The notes below the pieces were generated by a model. That model searched no databases, was not told the DNA's origin, and saw nothing but the letters and a program-made list of their open reading frames with translations. Shown piece by piece: positions 27,821 to 41,956 of a DNA stretch of 64,000 bases. How positions within the stretch are numbered: the first letter of the stretch is position 1; every line of letters starts with the position of its first letter. This stretch comes from Chrysomallon squamiferum (Eukaryota > Animalia > Mollusca), in NCBI GenBank assembly GCA_012295275.1, contig CM022679.1, positions 15,004,001-15,068,000 of the forward strand, written 5' to 3'. Both the position numbers and the translations under genes were made by a program.

Positions 27821-29724
27821 CCCTATCTGATTCCCTTCTTTAAGCATGTATCTAACTTATTAACATTTCTCTTTAAAAACAAAGGTTTTAGCTCTGAAAA
27901 ATTAAGAATGTGGACATTACTTTGTTACAACAGAAATGATTCACATGCCAGACGTCTTCAGTTATTTATTTATTTATTTATTTTTCAGCTGTAAGATTGA
28001 CCATTTAGAAATGTAGAAATATTTGTCTTGTAAGACTGTTATTTTGACAGAATATTTGATAAATACTCTTTACATTCACATGACTTCGACAAATAAAGAA
28101 AATGTATTCATTAAGGATTGTCTAAAATAACTATGTAACAATTTCTGAAACCAAAGACATAGTTATTGGTTGGCAGTTATACTTTTACTGTGCGAGTTTT
28201 TCTATTTGTTTTTATTTAATATATTGTAACAATTGTAATTTAATAATTAAATATACTTAGTTAATTTTATTTAATTGTAAGTTCAATTTTATATAAATGT
28301 ATGATTTTTATGAATAAATAGCAAAAAAACAAAAAAACAAACAAAAAAAAAAAAAAAACAAAAAAACAACAATTTTAGTTACTTTTAAAGTAATGTTTTT
28401 ATTTTGTTCTACAGTAACAAATTTACCAACGAAATACACTTCTTAAGTAATTGATAAGTTAATAATCATGCTTCACTGACACGTGACACAATGTTTCCAT
28501 GCCTAATTGTTGTAATTATTTCTCGTGGTATCTGATTTCAACATCTATCGACACCGAACATGTTTTGAATGTTGCGTTTATACTGAGCAGGACCTATGCT
28601 ATGTGACTTTGTAGATAACCTCTTGCTAATTGAATAAATACTGAATAATGAATGAACTTGGCAACGCCTTTAATATGTAAAAAACATAATAATCGACAGC
28701 AAAATAGTCTGAGATTTTACGACAGGCCCCTTGTTCAGCTTGTGTTTAAGTCCGGTCCTTAGTGTAAATATTTTTTCATCCAATTTAAAGTCCTAAATTG
28801 TATGTGTAATTATTGTTTTATCTACTTTTAAAATAAACCTGAACTTCCCCTCCCTATTTTTGTTAAGTCTGAAGAATATCTTGACTTAAAATAAAAATTA
28901 AAAAAATTAAATTAAATTTAAAAAATGTATTCATCAATAAAAAAAATATATATATATATTAAAATTAGAAAGTAAATAATAACAATAACAACAGTGATGA
29001 TGATGATAATAACAAAAACAATGATAATACCAGTAATGGAATTAATAACAACAACTATACCACTGCTAATATGACAGCTACTACAACTGCTGCTGCCACT
29101 ACAACTACTACCACAATTCAGACTGCTACATAACAGTAGTTGCAATAGTAGTCGTCGCAGCAATAGTAAAAATACTGCGAGAATGATTATAAAATGTAAC
29201 TTGTTAAAGAAATATTTCTTTCATATCGTCGCTTCCATAGCCGTACCGCGCTTACTAAGAATTAATGTCAAAGGTCTGACATATTTTGGCTACATTTTAC
29301 AGGCTATATCTGTGGGTTTTTCTTCCCCCCTGCACAATAATATTTTCAGAGTGAATGAAAAATATCTGGGGAAAAAAAATAACGTTTACATACCTTACAT
29401 TATTGGTGAATCGCGTTGATTGTGTGTTACTTAATCGTAAGCAAGTCGAAGAACGATGTTCCTCAGTCGACTTCCGCCATGTTGTTTGTCAGCAGGCGGG
29501 AGGCGGGTTGCTCTCTGCTGCTCCTGTCTGAGCGTCATGATGCGAACTGTTGAAATTTCCCATTATCGTCATTTAGTTCGTTCTCGCTTGCATCTGCATT
29601 ATTCCAAGCACGATGACGAACGATAATTATAGCCTGAGAAAACTGCGGATGACGCTGTCAGATGATCGTATTAAATATAACTTAAAAATACAGCGGCAAT
29701 GAAATGAATCTTTAACGACATTTT

Positions 29725-29763
<39 letters not shown>

Positions 29764-30220
29764 TACAGCACACATAAACAAACACAATCATACATACATA
29801 TATACATACACATACATGCATGCACACATAGATTTAAAAACGGACATACAACTTTATAAAAGGCGTTTATAATTACAAAACATATTTGAACAGTAATATA
29901 ACACTTCCTCCATGGCGGAAAGTGGGTTTCAAGGGTCATTTACGTGTTCACTCTTCTCTTTAAAACATTATTTCTTCCTGAAGGAGTAAGAATATTACAA
30001 ATGATACATCTAAATAAAATATCCTTTCAAAGACGTACAAGTTACTTACACTCGTTAAAATTAATTTTCAGAGATGTTATTTAGTTAAAATGCATGGGCA
30101 CGAAAAGCTACTTAAGTACATACTCACAGTATGGCATAATAACTCACATACATACAAACACACACACAACACACATTGTTTATCTATGTGTAAGCATAAA
30201 TACATACAGTTATACATAAT

Positions 30221-30276
<56 letters not shown>

Positions 30277-31668
30277 CATAAATACATCAATATATCCATC
30301 CTTCCATACATGTGCACATACATACACACACACTCAAACACACACACATACTATGACTATAATTTATTTCGTTTTTACTCCATCCGCAAACTGTGAACTA
30401 ATATTATTATCAAAACTAACATATAATTATAACTCGAAAAAACCCATACATCTCCACGTTCATGCTATTTCCAAACTAGGTGGGTCCTGAAATTAGACTT
30501 CCATCATATAAGTACATCGTTGATCAGATAATTTTAAAATCCAGACTGTAGGCAATAAATTAGTTCCCCATCCCCTCTCCAAAAAGAGAGAAGAAAATAA
30601 AATAAAATAAAATAAAAATAAAAATAAAAATAAAATATAAATCTTAAGAAAAAAAGAGAAGAGCAGCAATTCAGAAAAAACCCTGTGTAAACTGAAACAG
30701 TATCTTAAAGACTGACCTGGGTGTACAGGATATTGTGTAATCCAGTTAACAGCTGCATCTGTCATTTCTCTTTTCGGACGTCTGCTTTTGTTTTGCGAGA
30801 GAACTCACGGAATTATGCGAATGCGCGGCATTCATCCGTTATCAATTTTTGACTTCACTTCTGACCGATTTTTATAATAAATGACAGCATCGAGAATACG
30901 AATGATGATAATGATGATGTAGAACATTTAAAATGGTGTCAAATAATTTAAAACGGTGTACAATAATTTAAAAGGAATTAAATGTTTTTAAATGTAAAAG
31001 TGTTTATAAACAACAAAAATTGCGTTCTTCACAGAGCGATCAATACAGCATTTTTCATATTCCAACTGGTAACTCGTCACCGTTTTTCGATGAATATAAC
31101 TATTAAAGATGCCTTGCTACTTATCAGTTAAAGCAGCCAATAGAGATGAAGCATAAATAACACACCCATACACACGTATATATAAAAGATTATAAGAATA
31201 AAACAACTTTCTTTATTGCAACCATAGTGTTCTGTAATAATGGCGGTTATCAATTGCTAATAATAAAGTATGGCAAAAAAAATAATTGTAAGTTCGCGTG
31301 TAAAATGGCCAGTATGTTCAATTTTTAATGACAATCACGTTATTTATTTATTTATTTTCTTGTTTGTTTTGTTTGTTTATTTGTTTGCTTGTTTAATTTT
31401 TATATGTGTTATTATATGGTCGATACATGCTTCTTTGAGTTAAAATGGCCTCATACTAGTCAGAAATTACACTGTTTAAAATATGTCTCTCCGATCAGAG
31501 ATAAATGTTTTCGTTTGGTTAGTGTAAATACGATAAATCATAAATCTGCTGATAGTTTTATTGTTTTTTCCATTACATGTTACTTATGATGCCCTTGGTA
31601 TCGTTGCTTATTTAAATAAATATTTGATCAATATTTGACCATTTTTTGTTTGTTTATCTGGTGTCCTA

Positions 31669-31711
<43 letters not shown>

Positions 31712-32202
31712 AATAGTGATAATAGTGATGGCAATGACAGTGCTATTATTTTTTATCATAGCCTTCATCATTTTATTGTCATCATCCTATTATTATTATT
31801 ACAGCCAATATTGTTACAATTATTTCTACTGCTATCACTAATATTATTATAAACTAATATTATTACTACACACATACTATTCTACTGATTTACAACAACA
31901 AAAAAACAAAACACACAAACATAAAAAAACAAAAAACAACATTTAGACAAAAACTGATGATTATTTAACTTATCTGACCAATAAGAAGTATTAGATAAGA
32001 AAGGCAACTCGGCCATCGCTTGTGTTTTTAAATGTTGTCTGACAAAATGGAGTAACGTCCCTTCGATGAAGCGTTGGTTTTTATTTTTGAATAATACATT
32101 TAAATGGTACACGAACTTTCAGATACTGTTTTAAATATTATAATTCTTAGATATCATCAGTAAAATATTCACTAGCAAACACTTTATTAACATCAATTTT
32201 CT

Positions 32203-32236
<34 letters not shown>

Positions 32237-32358
32237 TTCCTACTTTTTTTTCATGTTACATGTGCGAAACAATGGCTGGTCTTAATTCTAACACATTTCT
32301 GTTCCCTTCGACTTCGTCTGCGTTCCTCGCCAGTGTCTGCCTTCGATTAGTTCTGCTT

Positions 32359-33450
32359 TCATCCGTGGACCATGTGCACACGAGCTCTCCGACACAACAA
32401 GATGGTGGCGAAATTCCTCCTGAATCTTTCGTTCATGAAGGCGTAAATAATAGGATTGTAGCAAGCTCCGCTTAACGCGAGCCACTGCAGGTAGCAGCGA
32501 ATGTTCAAGTTGACTTCTGTCAGCTGTAAGTTGTTTTCTTTAGAGATGACGTCAAACACCAGCAGCGGGGACCAGCAGAAGGCGTAAAGCAGGACGACAA
32601 GTACCAGCATTTTTATCGCTTTTCGTTTGTACCGCGTCTGCTGGTCCGTCGAGGAGATTCGAACACGCGTACCTACCGGAACTTTCACCCACAGTTCGAG
32701 AGCGATTACTGCATAGGTGACGCCGATCAGAATGAAAGGGACTATCAGAAGAATGACGAACGTCAGCCACATTTTCAGCGATTCCACGGGGCCGTCGTCG
32801 GTGGCAACGCAGATGTTGTGAGATGCGCCGCCGTCGAACACGGTTTTCACGTCGTACAGGAACACGTAAGGCGTGCTTGAAGCTACCGCCAAGATCCAGA
32901 CAGCAGCCAGGAACGCGGCAGCAAACTTTGGACTTTTCGTGAACTTGATTTTCAAAGGGTGGACGATGGCGTAATAGCGATCGATGGCTATGCAGCAGAG
33001 AGTTAGCGAACTAGACGCGACCGTCAGGTTGGTCATGAAGGGCATCACCTTGCACAGAAAGTCTCCAAAGATCCAGTATCTGTACAGCGCTGTCGTGATG
33101 TTGATAGGCATGCAGGTGACGGTGACGAAGAAGTCGCTGATGGCTAAGGACAGAATGAAGACGTTCATTGTGGACCGCATGTGTTGGTTGCACACGAAGG
33201 ACAAGATGACCAGTGAGTTTCCCAGCAGCGACACGGAGATCGCCGCGGCGTACAGGCAGGACAAGGTGTACTTGGACTCGGGCGGTATCTCCTTTATGAC
33301 GTCAGTGGCCCCTACCAAACCCCGACACAGATCAATATCGGACTGGTTAGCTCGTCTTAGCTGAAGTTCGTGGCAGAGTTCAAGAATAAACATCCGCGTT
33401 TTGGAATCGTTTGTTTCTGTGATGTTAACCGTGTTTAGATCTCCATCCAT
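32359..33450 (-). CDS. Intronless rhodopsin-like (class A) neuropeptide-type GPCR (QRFP/orexin/CCK/NPFF-receptor-like), 363 aa
   Basis: Seven hydrophobic segments with GN (TM1), NVFILSLAISD (TM2), WIFGDFLCK, IAIDRYYAIVHPL, FCWSP and NPIIYAFMNERFR. First ATG at 33450 (MDGDLNT); the ORF track begins at an upstream GTG. N-glycosylation sequons NIT and NDS lie in the N-terminus. Ligand class cannot be fixed without a phylogeny. Confidence 0.95.
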   Translation of the reverse strand: MDGDLNTVNITETNDSKTRMFILELCHELQLRRANQSDIDLCRGLVGATDVIKEIPPESKYTLSCLYAAAISVSLLGNSLVILSFVCNQHMRSTMNVFILSLAISDFFVTVTCMPINITTALYRYWIFGDFLCKVMPFMTNLTVASSSLTLCCIAIDRYYAIVHPLKIKFTKSPKFAAAFLAAVWILAVASSTPYVFLYDVKTVFDGGASHNICVATDDGPVESLKMWLTFVILLIVPFILIGVTYAVIALELWVKVPVGTRVRISSTDQQTRYKRKAIKMLVLVVLLYAFCWSPLLVFDVISKENNLQLTEVNLNIRCYLQWLALSGACYNPIIYAFMNERFRRNFATILLCRRARVHMVHG

Positions 33451-34070
33451 GATTATTATATTCCCCCCAAAAATCACTTTATACGGCTAAACTCGTCCTG
33501 AATTTCAATACAATAATTTATGGTTACGCTATAGTTCGTTTGACATATTATTTAGTCACTGAGAATACATACTCTTGGTTCTTAAAAACGTTTCACCAAA
33601 AAATTACTCTGTCATGTCTTCGGTCTTGGATTAAGTTTCCTCTGTAGAATGCAGTGTAGATCGGTGTTTGTGTGGCTGTTACAGATACATTTGTCACCAA
33701 ACCCCGATAAAAGAATGAACTAGATCGTTGACTTTAATCGCTTTTTATATCAGAAACTCAAAACAGGAGTAAATTCGCAAAAAGGAAACATTACCAATGT
33801 AATTCGGAATTTTACGGAACTGGACGGAATAAACCGGATTAGACGGCTTCCTGTCCATATGGCGCTGTTTTTTAACCTGTGAAAATGTTTCCAGTTTTCA
33901 CATGCTGCATTCATCTCATCTTATCAGGGTTTTCTTTTTTTTTGTAATGTGTAATTTGTAAATTATAAACCGAGAAATGTTTTTAAAATATATTTTATTC
34001 AAACAATAAACGAATCCCATTTTGGCAAGCATCGTTTTCAGATACATACAAACATTCACACATGAATATG

Positions 34071-34113
<43 letters not shown>

Positions 34114-35445
34114 GTAACATATATATATATATATATATATATGGGGGGGGCGCGGGTAATGTGACATGATAACTAATATATAATATATATGTAACTCACT
34201 ATATACATTACTCATAAAATCACTGTCTTAGGAACAAACAACAATACGAGGTTTCAAATCAAAGGTCTTTAATACTAGGTAATTCCTGATATAGAAATAT
34301 TAACATATACAACATTCAACTCTGGCGAGAACAAACTGACCAGATTCATAAAACCGTAGTTAATTAATACAAAACATAATAAAGATTCTACAATTGTAAA
34401 ATCAGACAAATTAAATTTAAAAAAATAAAAATAAAAAAAATATAAAACCCTGATGTTTAAAATAAAAGAAAATAATAATAAACAAATATATTCAACAAAA
34501 ATATGATCAAATACATAATATTAATATATAGTTCATTAGAATCAAATCTGAGGAGAAGTTATTTACATGCATTTAAATATTAATGTCAACTGTCAAAATT
34601 CATTAGTCAAGAGTTCACCGAGGAGTTATCTTTGAGTAAAACTGTTACAGTTCAGTTTTCCCTATCCATATTATTATATCACAATTATACGTTCAAGTAG
34701 AACTCACATAATAAGAAACTTGTAATGCCATTAATATAGTCCCAATCAGTCTGATGCCAGTGAAATAGTCTATCAATATAAAATAACTGATTATTAAATG
34801 ACTTAAGAAATTCTTGACGTTTAGTCACTTCTGATATCAGTTTCACCCTGTGTTAACAGTAATTTTTGACAAAAGCAATTAACTTCAGTTTAAATACACG
34901 TATATACATGAACGTCATGTAATTATTATTCATATTTTGTTTATATTGAAAACATAAAAACAATATCATTTGAGACATTTAAAGAAAAGAATAATTGTTA
35001 TCATAACGATACAAATACCAGCGTATGTAAATTAATAATTACACACAAATATAAAATATATTCAGTATTGTAAGTAGTGATGTCACTCAACACAACCAGT
35101 GTCGCCACCTGAGCAGAAATAATGAATATGTATCGTCTGCGTTTACTGGGAAAATACTCAGTGTATGAATAATATTTATACTTCAACTATTTCAATGTGA
35201 AAACTAACAGAGATCACGTTAATTATTATAAATTGTAACTACTGTTACTTAAAGTTATACCAATATATTTAATAAATTATGCACAAGTAAAATATAAATA
35301 TTGTCTCCATATTTAATATATGATATCTTAATTATTCTTTTTAGTAGATATATTAAAATAAAAGCAATAAACCTAAATTAATTACTGTTCTCGGCTGATC
35401 TGTAGCACATATAAGTGAAACCATTATAAGCCAAATATAAAAATG

Positions 35446-35571
35446 CTTACCTTCACTAACAATTATTTAAGGTCCTGTCATGTTAAGGGCCAGAGTGCAA
35501 TCCTTGTTCTCTGAGAATGTTCCTCTTTAAATTCTGGGCAGCAGCTGCCATATATGGTCATGTCACATGAC
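35446..35571 (-). promoter_or_regulatory. Putative non-coding first exon and promoter of the GPCR
   Basis: Minus-strand donor AG|GTAAGC at 35451/35450 and a candidate acceptor ATTCAG| at 33498, shortly upstream of the ATG. Nearby: CAGCTG (35542-35547), CArG box CCATATATGG (35548-35557) and GTCACATGAC (35562-35571). Confidence 0.4.
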
Positions 35572-36496
35572 CATACAGTTCCCAGTGCTAACGAAAACTC
35601 CCAGTAGGAGGCAGTCATCTTAACCTGTCTTGCTAGCACTTACTCCCCTCCGATTACTTTTGTGAACTAATCACTTTAAAAACATTAAATACTTATCCTT
35701 ATATAATAGGAAACAATGGTTATTATTTCTCTATTCTACGTGTGTGTGTTGGGGGGTTTGGATGTGTGCGCGCGCGCGCGAAAATTTGTCTTCACTTCTA
35801 TGTGTGCATATATATGTATGTTCGGCTTTGTTCAAATACAGGTTGAGAATCCATTATCCGAAGATTTTTTCATAACAGCAGACCCAATGATATCTAACAG
35901 TATTCGAACTGTTTTAAACACACACACACAGACACTTTATTTTATGTACAAAATTATTAAAAGACTATTTGTATAAGCTATATACAAAATATAAATGAAT
36001 TCGTATTTAGACTTCGATCCTATTCTCAGGCTATCTCTTTATATTCCAAAATCCGAAATATTTTCGATCCCCAAGCATTTCGAACAAAGGATTCTCAACC
36101 TGTTTTTTAAAAAACATCTGAATACCCTAGGCTTGCGCTCGATATTCCTTTTGTTTCCGTTTTACGATTTTAAAATTGTTTTACATGAAATATAATGACT
36201 GCGGGTATTGTGTTATTTTTTATTTCTATTCTTCTTCTTTTCTTATCTTTTCAGTGAGTGAAAATAACGAGCGATAACAGTGTCAACAAAATTGCTGGAA
36301 AGACTGAGTCTGTGCAACCTTTGTTAAAATAAAATGGACATACATGTATATGTAAATGTTTTCGTTTTAATAACTATGTTTATGTTTTCATTTCAGAAAC
36401 CATGTTTACATATTTAAATCATATATTTCTTTCCTTATTAAAATATTACAACTAATAACACAAGTTCTTACTACTACTACTAATAATAATATTAAA

Positions 36497-36524
36497 TATG
36501 TTTGTGGCTGTGTGATAGTATTTT

Positions 36525-36566
<42 letters not shown>

Positions 36567-37084
36567 AATTGCTGTATGTTTATATAAATAAGAAATCATA
36601 AGGGATTTAAAGAACGTTCTAGAAAAGATAAACAATCGATCAAACACATTTACTATCTCAGCAGGTAGACGTAAAATAAAATCCATACATTTTGATAAGA
36701 ATGTGATAGATAACATGGACAAGAAGAAAATTAAATAATGAAATAAAAAATAATTTTTTATTTCATTATTTGAATATAAGAACAAGAAAATTTGGACAAT
36801 ATTTTTATTTCATTATTTAAATTTTTATTTCGTTTCATTTACTTTTTAAACGTATTTCTTCTTGGCCATGTTATCTATTACATTCTTATCAAAATGTATG
36901 GATTCGCACCTGTTCTTCATTTTACGTCTACCTGCTGAGATAGTAAATGTGTTTGATCGATTTCTTATCTTTTCTAGAACATTCCTTACATCCCTTAAGA
37001 TTTCTTATTTATATAAACATATAGCAGTTTATACACATAAACAAACACACACACATTCAAATATTATCTCACAGGCACAAACAT
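36497..37084. repeat. Long inverted repeat, arms about 230 bp (36497-36730 and 36856-37084), with a hairpin-containing AT-rich spacer
   Basis: The arms share, for example, ATCGATCAAACACATTTACTATCTCAGCAGGTAGACGTAAAAT and its reverse complement. This explains the near-identical ORFs 36492-36785(-) and 36862-37098(+). Confidence 0.9.
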
Positions 37085-37136
37085 ACATAAATCGATAAAT
37101 ATATAAATATGTTTTTCTCTCTTTCTTTATATTTTG

Positions 37137-37438
37137 TTATATTCATTGTTATTGTTTGCTGTTTTTATTGTTCTTGTTGTCGTCGTCGTCGTTGCTGTTG
37201 TCGTCGTTGACGTTGTTGAGGTCGTCGTTGTCGTTGTTGTTTACATTTGTATGAATGTTTTCTGTTACCAGATACAGTCTATTCGTAACTGTTTTAACGT
37301 TTTCATTAACACAACAATAATAATAATAATAACAACAACAACAACAACAAAACTATATTATATATTACGGCATCACGTATTTTACATTCACATCCATGCT
37401 CACATGCATACACATACATACATGAATTATTGTTGTCG

Positions 37439-37470
<32 letters not shown>

Positions 37471-37815
37471 ATATCAAAATTATAGTGTTAATGAAAACGT
37501 GAAAACAGTTACAAACAGACTGTATCCAGTGATACAAAGCATGCATACACACGCAAACAACAGCTACCACGACGCAGTTGCGTGCCGAGGTCTGGTGATA
37601 CCCTGGGACCAACCCTTCACTGTATGCCCCAAAGACTCAAGTATAAGACCTAGAAATATTGTGAGAAAGGAAGATATTTTAATAATTAAAACAGAGATGA
37701 AACATAAAATAAACACCGCCCCTTCGTCCCCCCCGGCACGCTATTGCGACGACGACGACGACAACAACAACAACTACAACAATAGTAAACAGCGAAAAAA
37801 TAACGATGAATAAAT
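37137..37815. repeat. Second long inverted repeat (arms about 37137-37350 and 37430-37815), right arm interrupted by a MITE
   Basis: GATACAGTCTATTCGTAACTGTTTTAACGTTTTCATTAACAC pairs with GTGTTAATGAAAACGTGAAAACAGTTACAAACAGACTGTATC; the outer (GTC)n/(GAC)n-flanked segments also mirror each other. Confidence 0.8.
37575..37746. mobile_element. Short hAT-like MITE (172 bp)
   Basis: Termini CAGTTGCGTGCCG ... CGGCACGCTATTG form an imperfect TIR, with near-identical 8-bp flanks CCACGACG / CGACGACG. It is absent from the mirror arm of the surrounding inverted repeat. Confidence 0.7.
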
Positions 37816-38395
37816 ATACATATCTGTGTTTATATGTGTGTATGTTTTAACGTACAGATGCGCACGTACTCCTATGGATGTACTTGACCTGTACACGAAA
37901 CAAAGAGACAATGAGAAGTTCGGGGTGAGGGGCAATCAAAATGATTACGTAACACGCTAAGTAAAATAAACGTGACTTTGTTTAAGCCATAAACGTTGTG
38001 AACGTTGTGAAATGTAGACGAGTCAGCCGATAACCGTCAGGCCACTAGGAAATATTTACGTGTTGCTTGGCGATGATTGAAATACTTAGACAAGAAATGT
38101 GAGAAACGAGTCGTTTATTGATGACCTAGTGTTAGGGACGAGGGTTAAATCCCAGTTGTTGTTTTTTATCTGTATATCTGTCCTAACACAGCTATTGATT
38201 GTGATGTTGATATCGTTTATGCACAGCTTGATATTTATTTGATAATTTTATTATTTTAATTTTTTTTTTTTTTTTTTTTATTTTTTCTTTGGATTGTCTG
38301 ATGATTTTATCATATTTTTGGTAGGTCACGGTATTTTGAACAAGGTGCTTAGATTGCCTAGTCATACCATTACTTTGCGTTTTTTTTGTTTGTTT

Positions 38396-38436
<41 letters not shown>

Positions 38437-38517
38437 AAAAAACACAAAGAAAAACAAATAATAATATATATTAACAAACATACTAACTAAAAACAAAAAC
38501 AAAAAACAGAAACAAAT

Positions 38518-38585
<68 letters not shown>

Positions 38586-39354
38586 CGTCCGTGTGTTTTC
38601 TCTGTATATGCACAACACAATTTCTTTCCGCTTGTAAATATATAAGTAAACTGATGTCCCTAATTGTTGTGAAATAACTACTGAAAATAGCCTGTTTAGG
38701 TTACCTGATCTTCATCACATTACTATGTAGTTATATTTAGTGTATTTAACTGTTTTACATTACACTGTAATGGGAGTATTATTGTCATTTTAGGCGTTAA
38801 CGAAGTTAAATACCGTGAATTCCGTATTCTATAAATAGAAAGTTAAAAATGGGAGGAATCACGAAAAACAAGAAAACCGGAAAAAACAACAAATAATGAT
38901 GTTAACGATGAAGCAGTAGCAGTAGCAGTAGTACAAGAATTAGTAGCAGCAGTAATAGTAGCTATAGAGCAATAGTAGCTACAGCAATAGTGTTAGAAGT
39001 AGTTGTAGTAGTAGTAGTAGAAGTAGTAGTAGAGGTAGTAGATACAACAGATTTCACAAACTGCTACGGAGTAGGTGCTTGAATCTAAGACGATGACAAT
39101 TTGTAAATAATCTTGTGATATCTCACGGTATTTGTAAACGATGCGTCACATGGTGTGTCAGTTCAGATGAACGTTGTATTCAGATGAACGTTGTATTTGG
39201 TGAAAGTAGTGTTATAGTAACAGGAGTTAGTTAGTTAGTTATTGTTGTTTTGTAGCTGTTATTATTAATATTCTCGTTGTTATTATTATAATCATCACCA
39301 TCATCATCGTCGTCGTTGTTGTTGTTATCATTTCTATTTATTTTTATTGTTGTT

Positions 39355-39388
<34 letters not shown>

Positions 39389-41915
39389 TAAATTTCCTAT
39401 TTCATAAACGTTTACGATTTTCTATATTAATATATATCTAAATATATCACATCAGTATGAAATATTGCCTTTTTCTATGTTATGGTTTGAGAATAAAATG
39501 AATTATTGAATATATCATTAAAGTATTTCTTTCACGCACATACTAAACGAAACACCTACGCATTCAGACAGACGAACAGACAAACAAAACGTCAGATTCG
39601 TTCAGTTCACGATGTTTTAGCTATAATAAAAAAAAAAAAAAAAAAAACAGGTGACAATGGGGTCAGCGAATTCTTAAGACAATAGCGGTAAATAAAATAT
39701 ACAGCTTACTAGGTTTGAGAAAGAGAAAGCAAAACACACAAAGCGGGAGAAGAGTAGCGAAAATCAATTATTACTACAGTAATCACTTCTGTGATATCGA
39801 TCGAATAGACATTTTACGAAAACAACGGAAAGCGTCTAGTTAAAATTAATTCATCAGAGTGATGTCGCAGATTTCTAACATTGTAATGTTTGTTTTTACG
39901 GTGGCATGGTGATATCGGGGGGGGGGAGGCCGCGGAGTCCGGCACAGAATGTCACTCATAGCGTATTATTAAATAAAGAGCAAATGTAACACTGACGTAA
40001 GAAATATTATTCGCATAGGTGTATAATACAGTGCATTTATTTTAACTGACATTAGTTTCGTAAATTTTTAATTACCCATGTGTAATAATTAAAGTCTTGG
40101 CTAACCTTTCCCTTTGTTATTTATAATGTTTTTTTTGTTTTTTTTTTTTTTTTTTTTTAATATGGCCTGACAGATAACATCTGTAGCATATATTATAGAA
40201 ATAATACTCACTGATTAGATTTTAAACAAACTAGTTTTATTAGAAACTACAATTTCACACCTTTCATTTAATACGATATTTTCTTATCGATTAGGAGCAA
40301 AATGTACTTAGATACTTTTATTTTTTTATTTATTTGTTAAATAACAATATGCACAATAAAACTATTACAAAACAGTTATTAAAAGTATTGTCAGTATTGT
40401 CATCTAAGTATTTAACAATTTTATAGGGTATGGGAGCAGCCATTTTCCCTTTTTCTTCTTTTTCATCTAATTAAATCGTTACTTCTAAACAAATCTTTTT
40501 AATATGTTAATGTTACTCGAACTTTAATATTCAGATGTGCTGACTTCCAGCCAAGCATAAAACAGTAACTTGTTAGTACTGTGTACAAAATGTTAAATTT
40601 TGCGTGACAAATGCGCACGTATGCACAGATATCAGTTTCATGTTTCTGTTAACTGTGACATAGTTTACCTGTCCGAAAATAAAGCTAATTTTTATAATTA
40701 CTATTTTGTTTTAATCTTTTCCAAAGCGGGGTGGTTTTTAAAGTTAAATACAGACAGATGTACATATACATATATACATACATACGTATCTAAGTACGTG
40801 CATATTACATACGTACATATATTATATAATTTCATGGTATTATATGGTACGTACCTCATCGCTCACATATTTGCCAAATAATACCCTCATGTCTGTACAA
40901 TGTGTATTTTATGTTAGAAATTAATAACATCGTTCTCTATCACATATACTTACAAATAATATTCCTTTTGTTCATGTTTATTTTTTTTTATTATTTCTTC
41001 CATTTTTATTTATTTTTCTAGCTATCTTTTCATTTCTGTAATTTTACTTTGCCGTTTTCTGTGCTAACTTTCTTATTCCTTCTGTCCTTTTCTTTTCTTT
41101 CTGTTTTTATTTATTTATTTATTTATTATATAAGTATATTTATTTGGTTTTATACGGTAAAGTTCAAATTACAAACCCACAGCTTAAAGTAATGATGAAT
41201 TTTTTTTTTTTTTTTTTAAATAATTATTATATAAAATTTCTTCATATATTTTAAATAAGTTAATAGCAAATCCAACACAATGCAACAAAGAAACTCTATA
41301 ATGTAATAATATAACAAATTTAATATGAAAAGTATAATTAAAAAATTCATAATAATAATAATTGTTATTATTATCATGATCATCCTAGTGACAATACCAC
41401 TAACAGTACCAGTAGTAGTGGTAGTAATAGTAGTTGTAGTAGTTGTAGTAGTAATCTTTTAAAAACAATTATTTGTTGTCACTGTCATAAACTGTATATA
41501 CATAATAATAATAAATAGTATTAATGACAAATTCATGTACACATACTGTAAAACAGTCACAAATATATACATTTTCGGTAAGCTATTTTTGTGCGTGTGT
41601 ATATGTGTGTATGTGTATATGTGTGTGTGAGTGTGTGTATGTATCTATGTATGAATGTGCCTGACAAGGAAATTCTATACGTACCAAGGTATGTCACTCA
41701 TATTACGGTCTGGTCATACCCAGGTCAGTGACCAGACCCGTCCCGTACATGTCATTGAAACGTGCGAATGACAGTAAGTAATTATTAAATGTTGTTTCCT
41801 TAATGAGGACGAACGGTTGTCGGTTTTAACCTTTGGAACATTCGACAATTCTTCGGTGTCTGTGTATTAGCAACTGCAAAACATAACATCGATCAACATA
41901 GATTTATTTTTACTC

Positions 41916-41956
<41 letters not shown>

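Noticed and set aside
32984-33364. Plus-strand 126-aa ORF and other overlapping ORFs in the GPCR
   Set aside because: Antisense or alternative-frame shadows of a GC-rich CDS.
36492-37098. Pair of similar small ORFs on opposite strands (toxin/antitoxin-like or paralogues)
   Set aside because: A by-product of the inverted repeat; they run through microsatellites and show no coding features.
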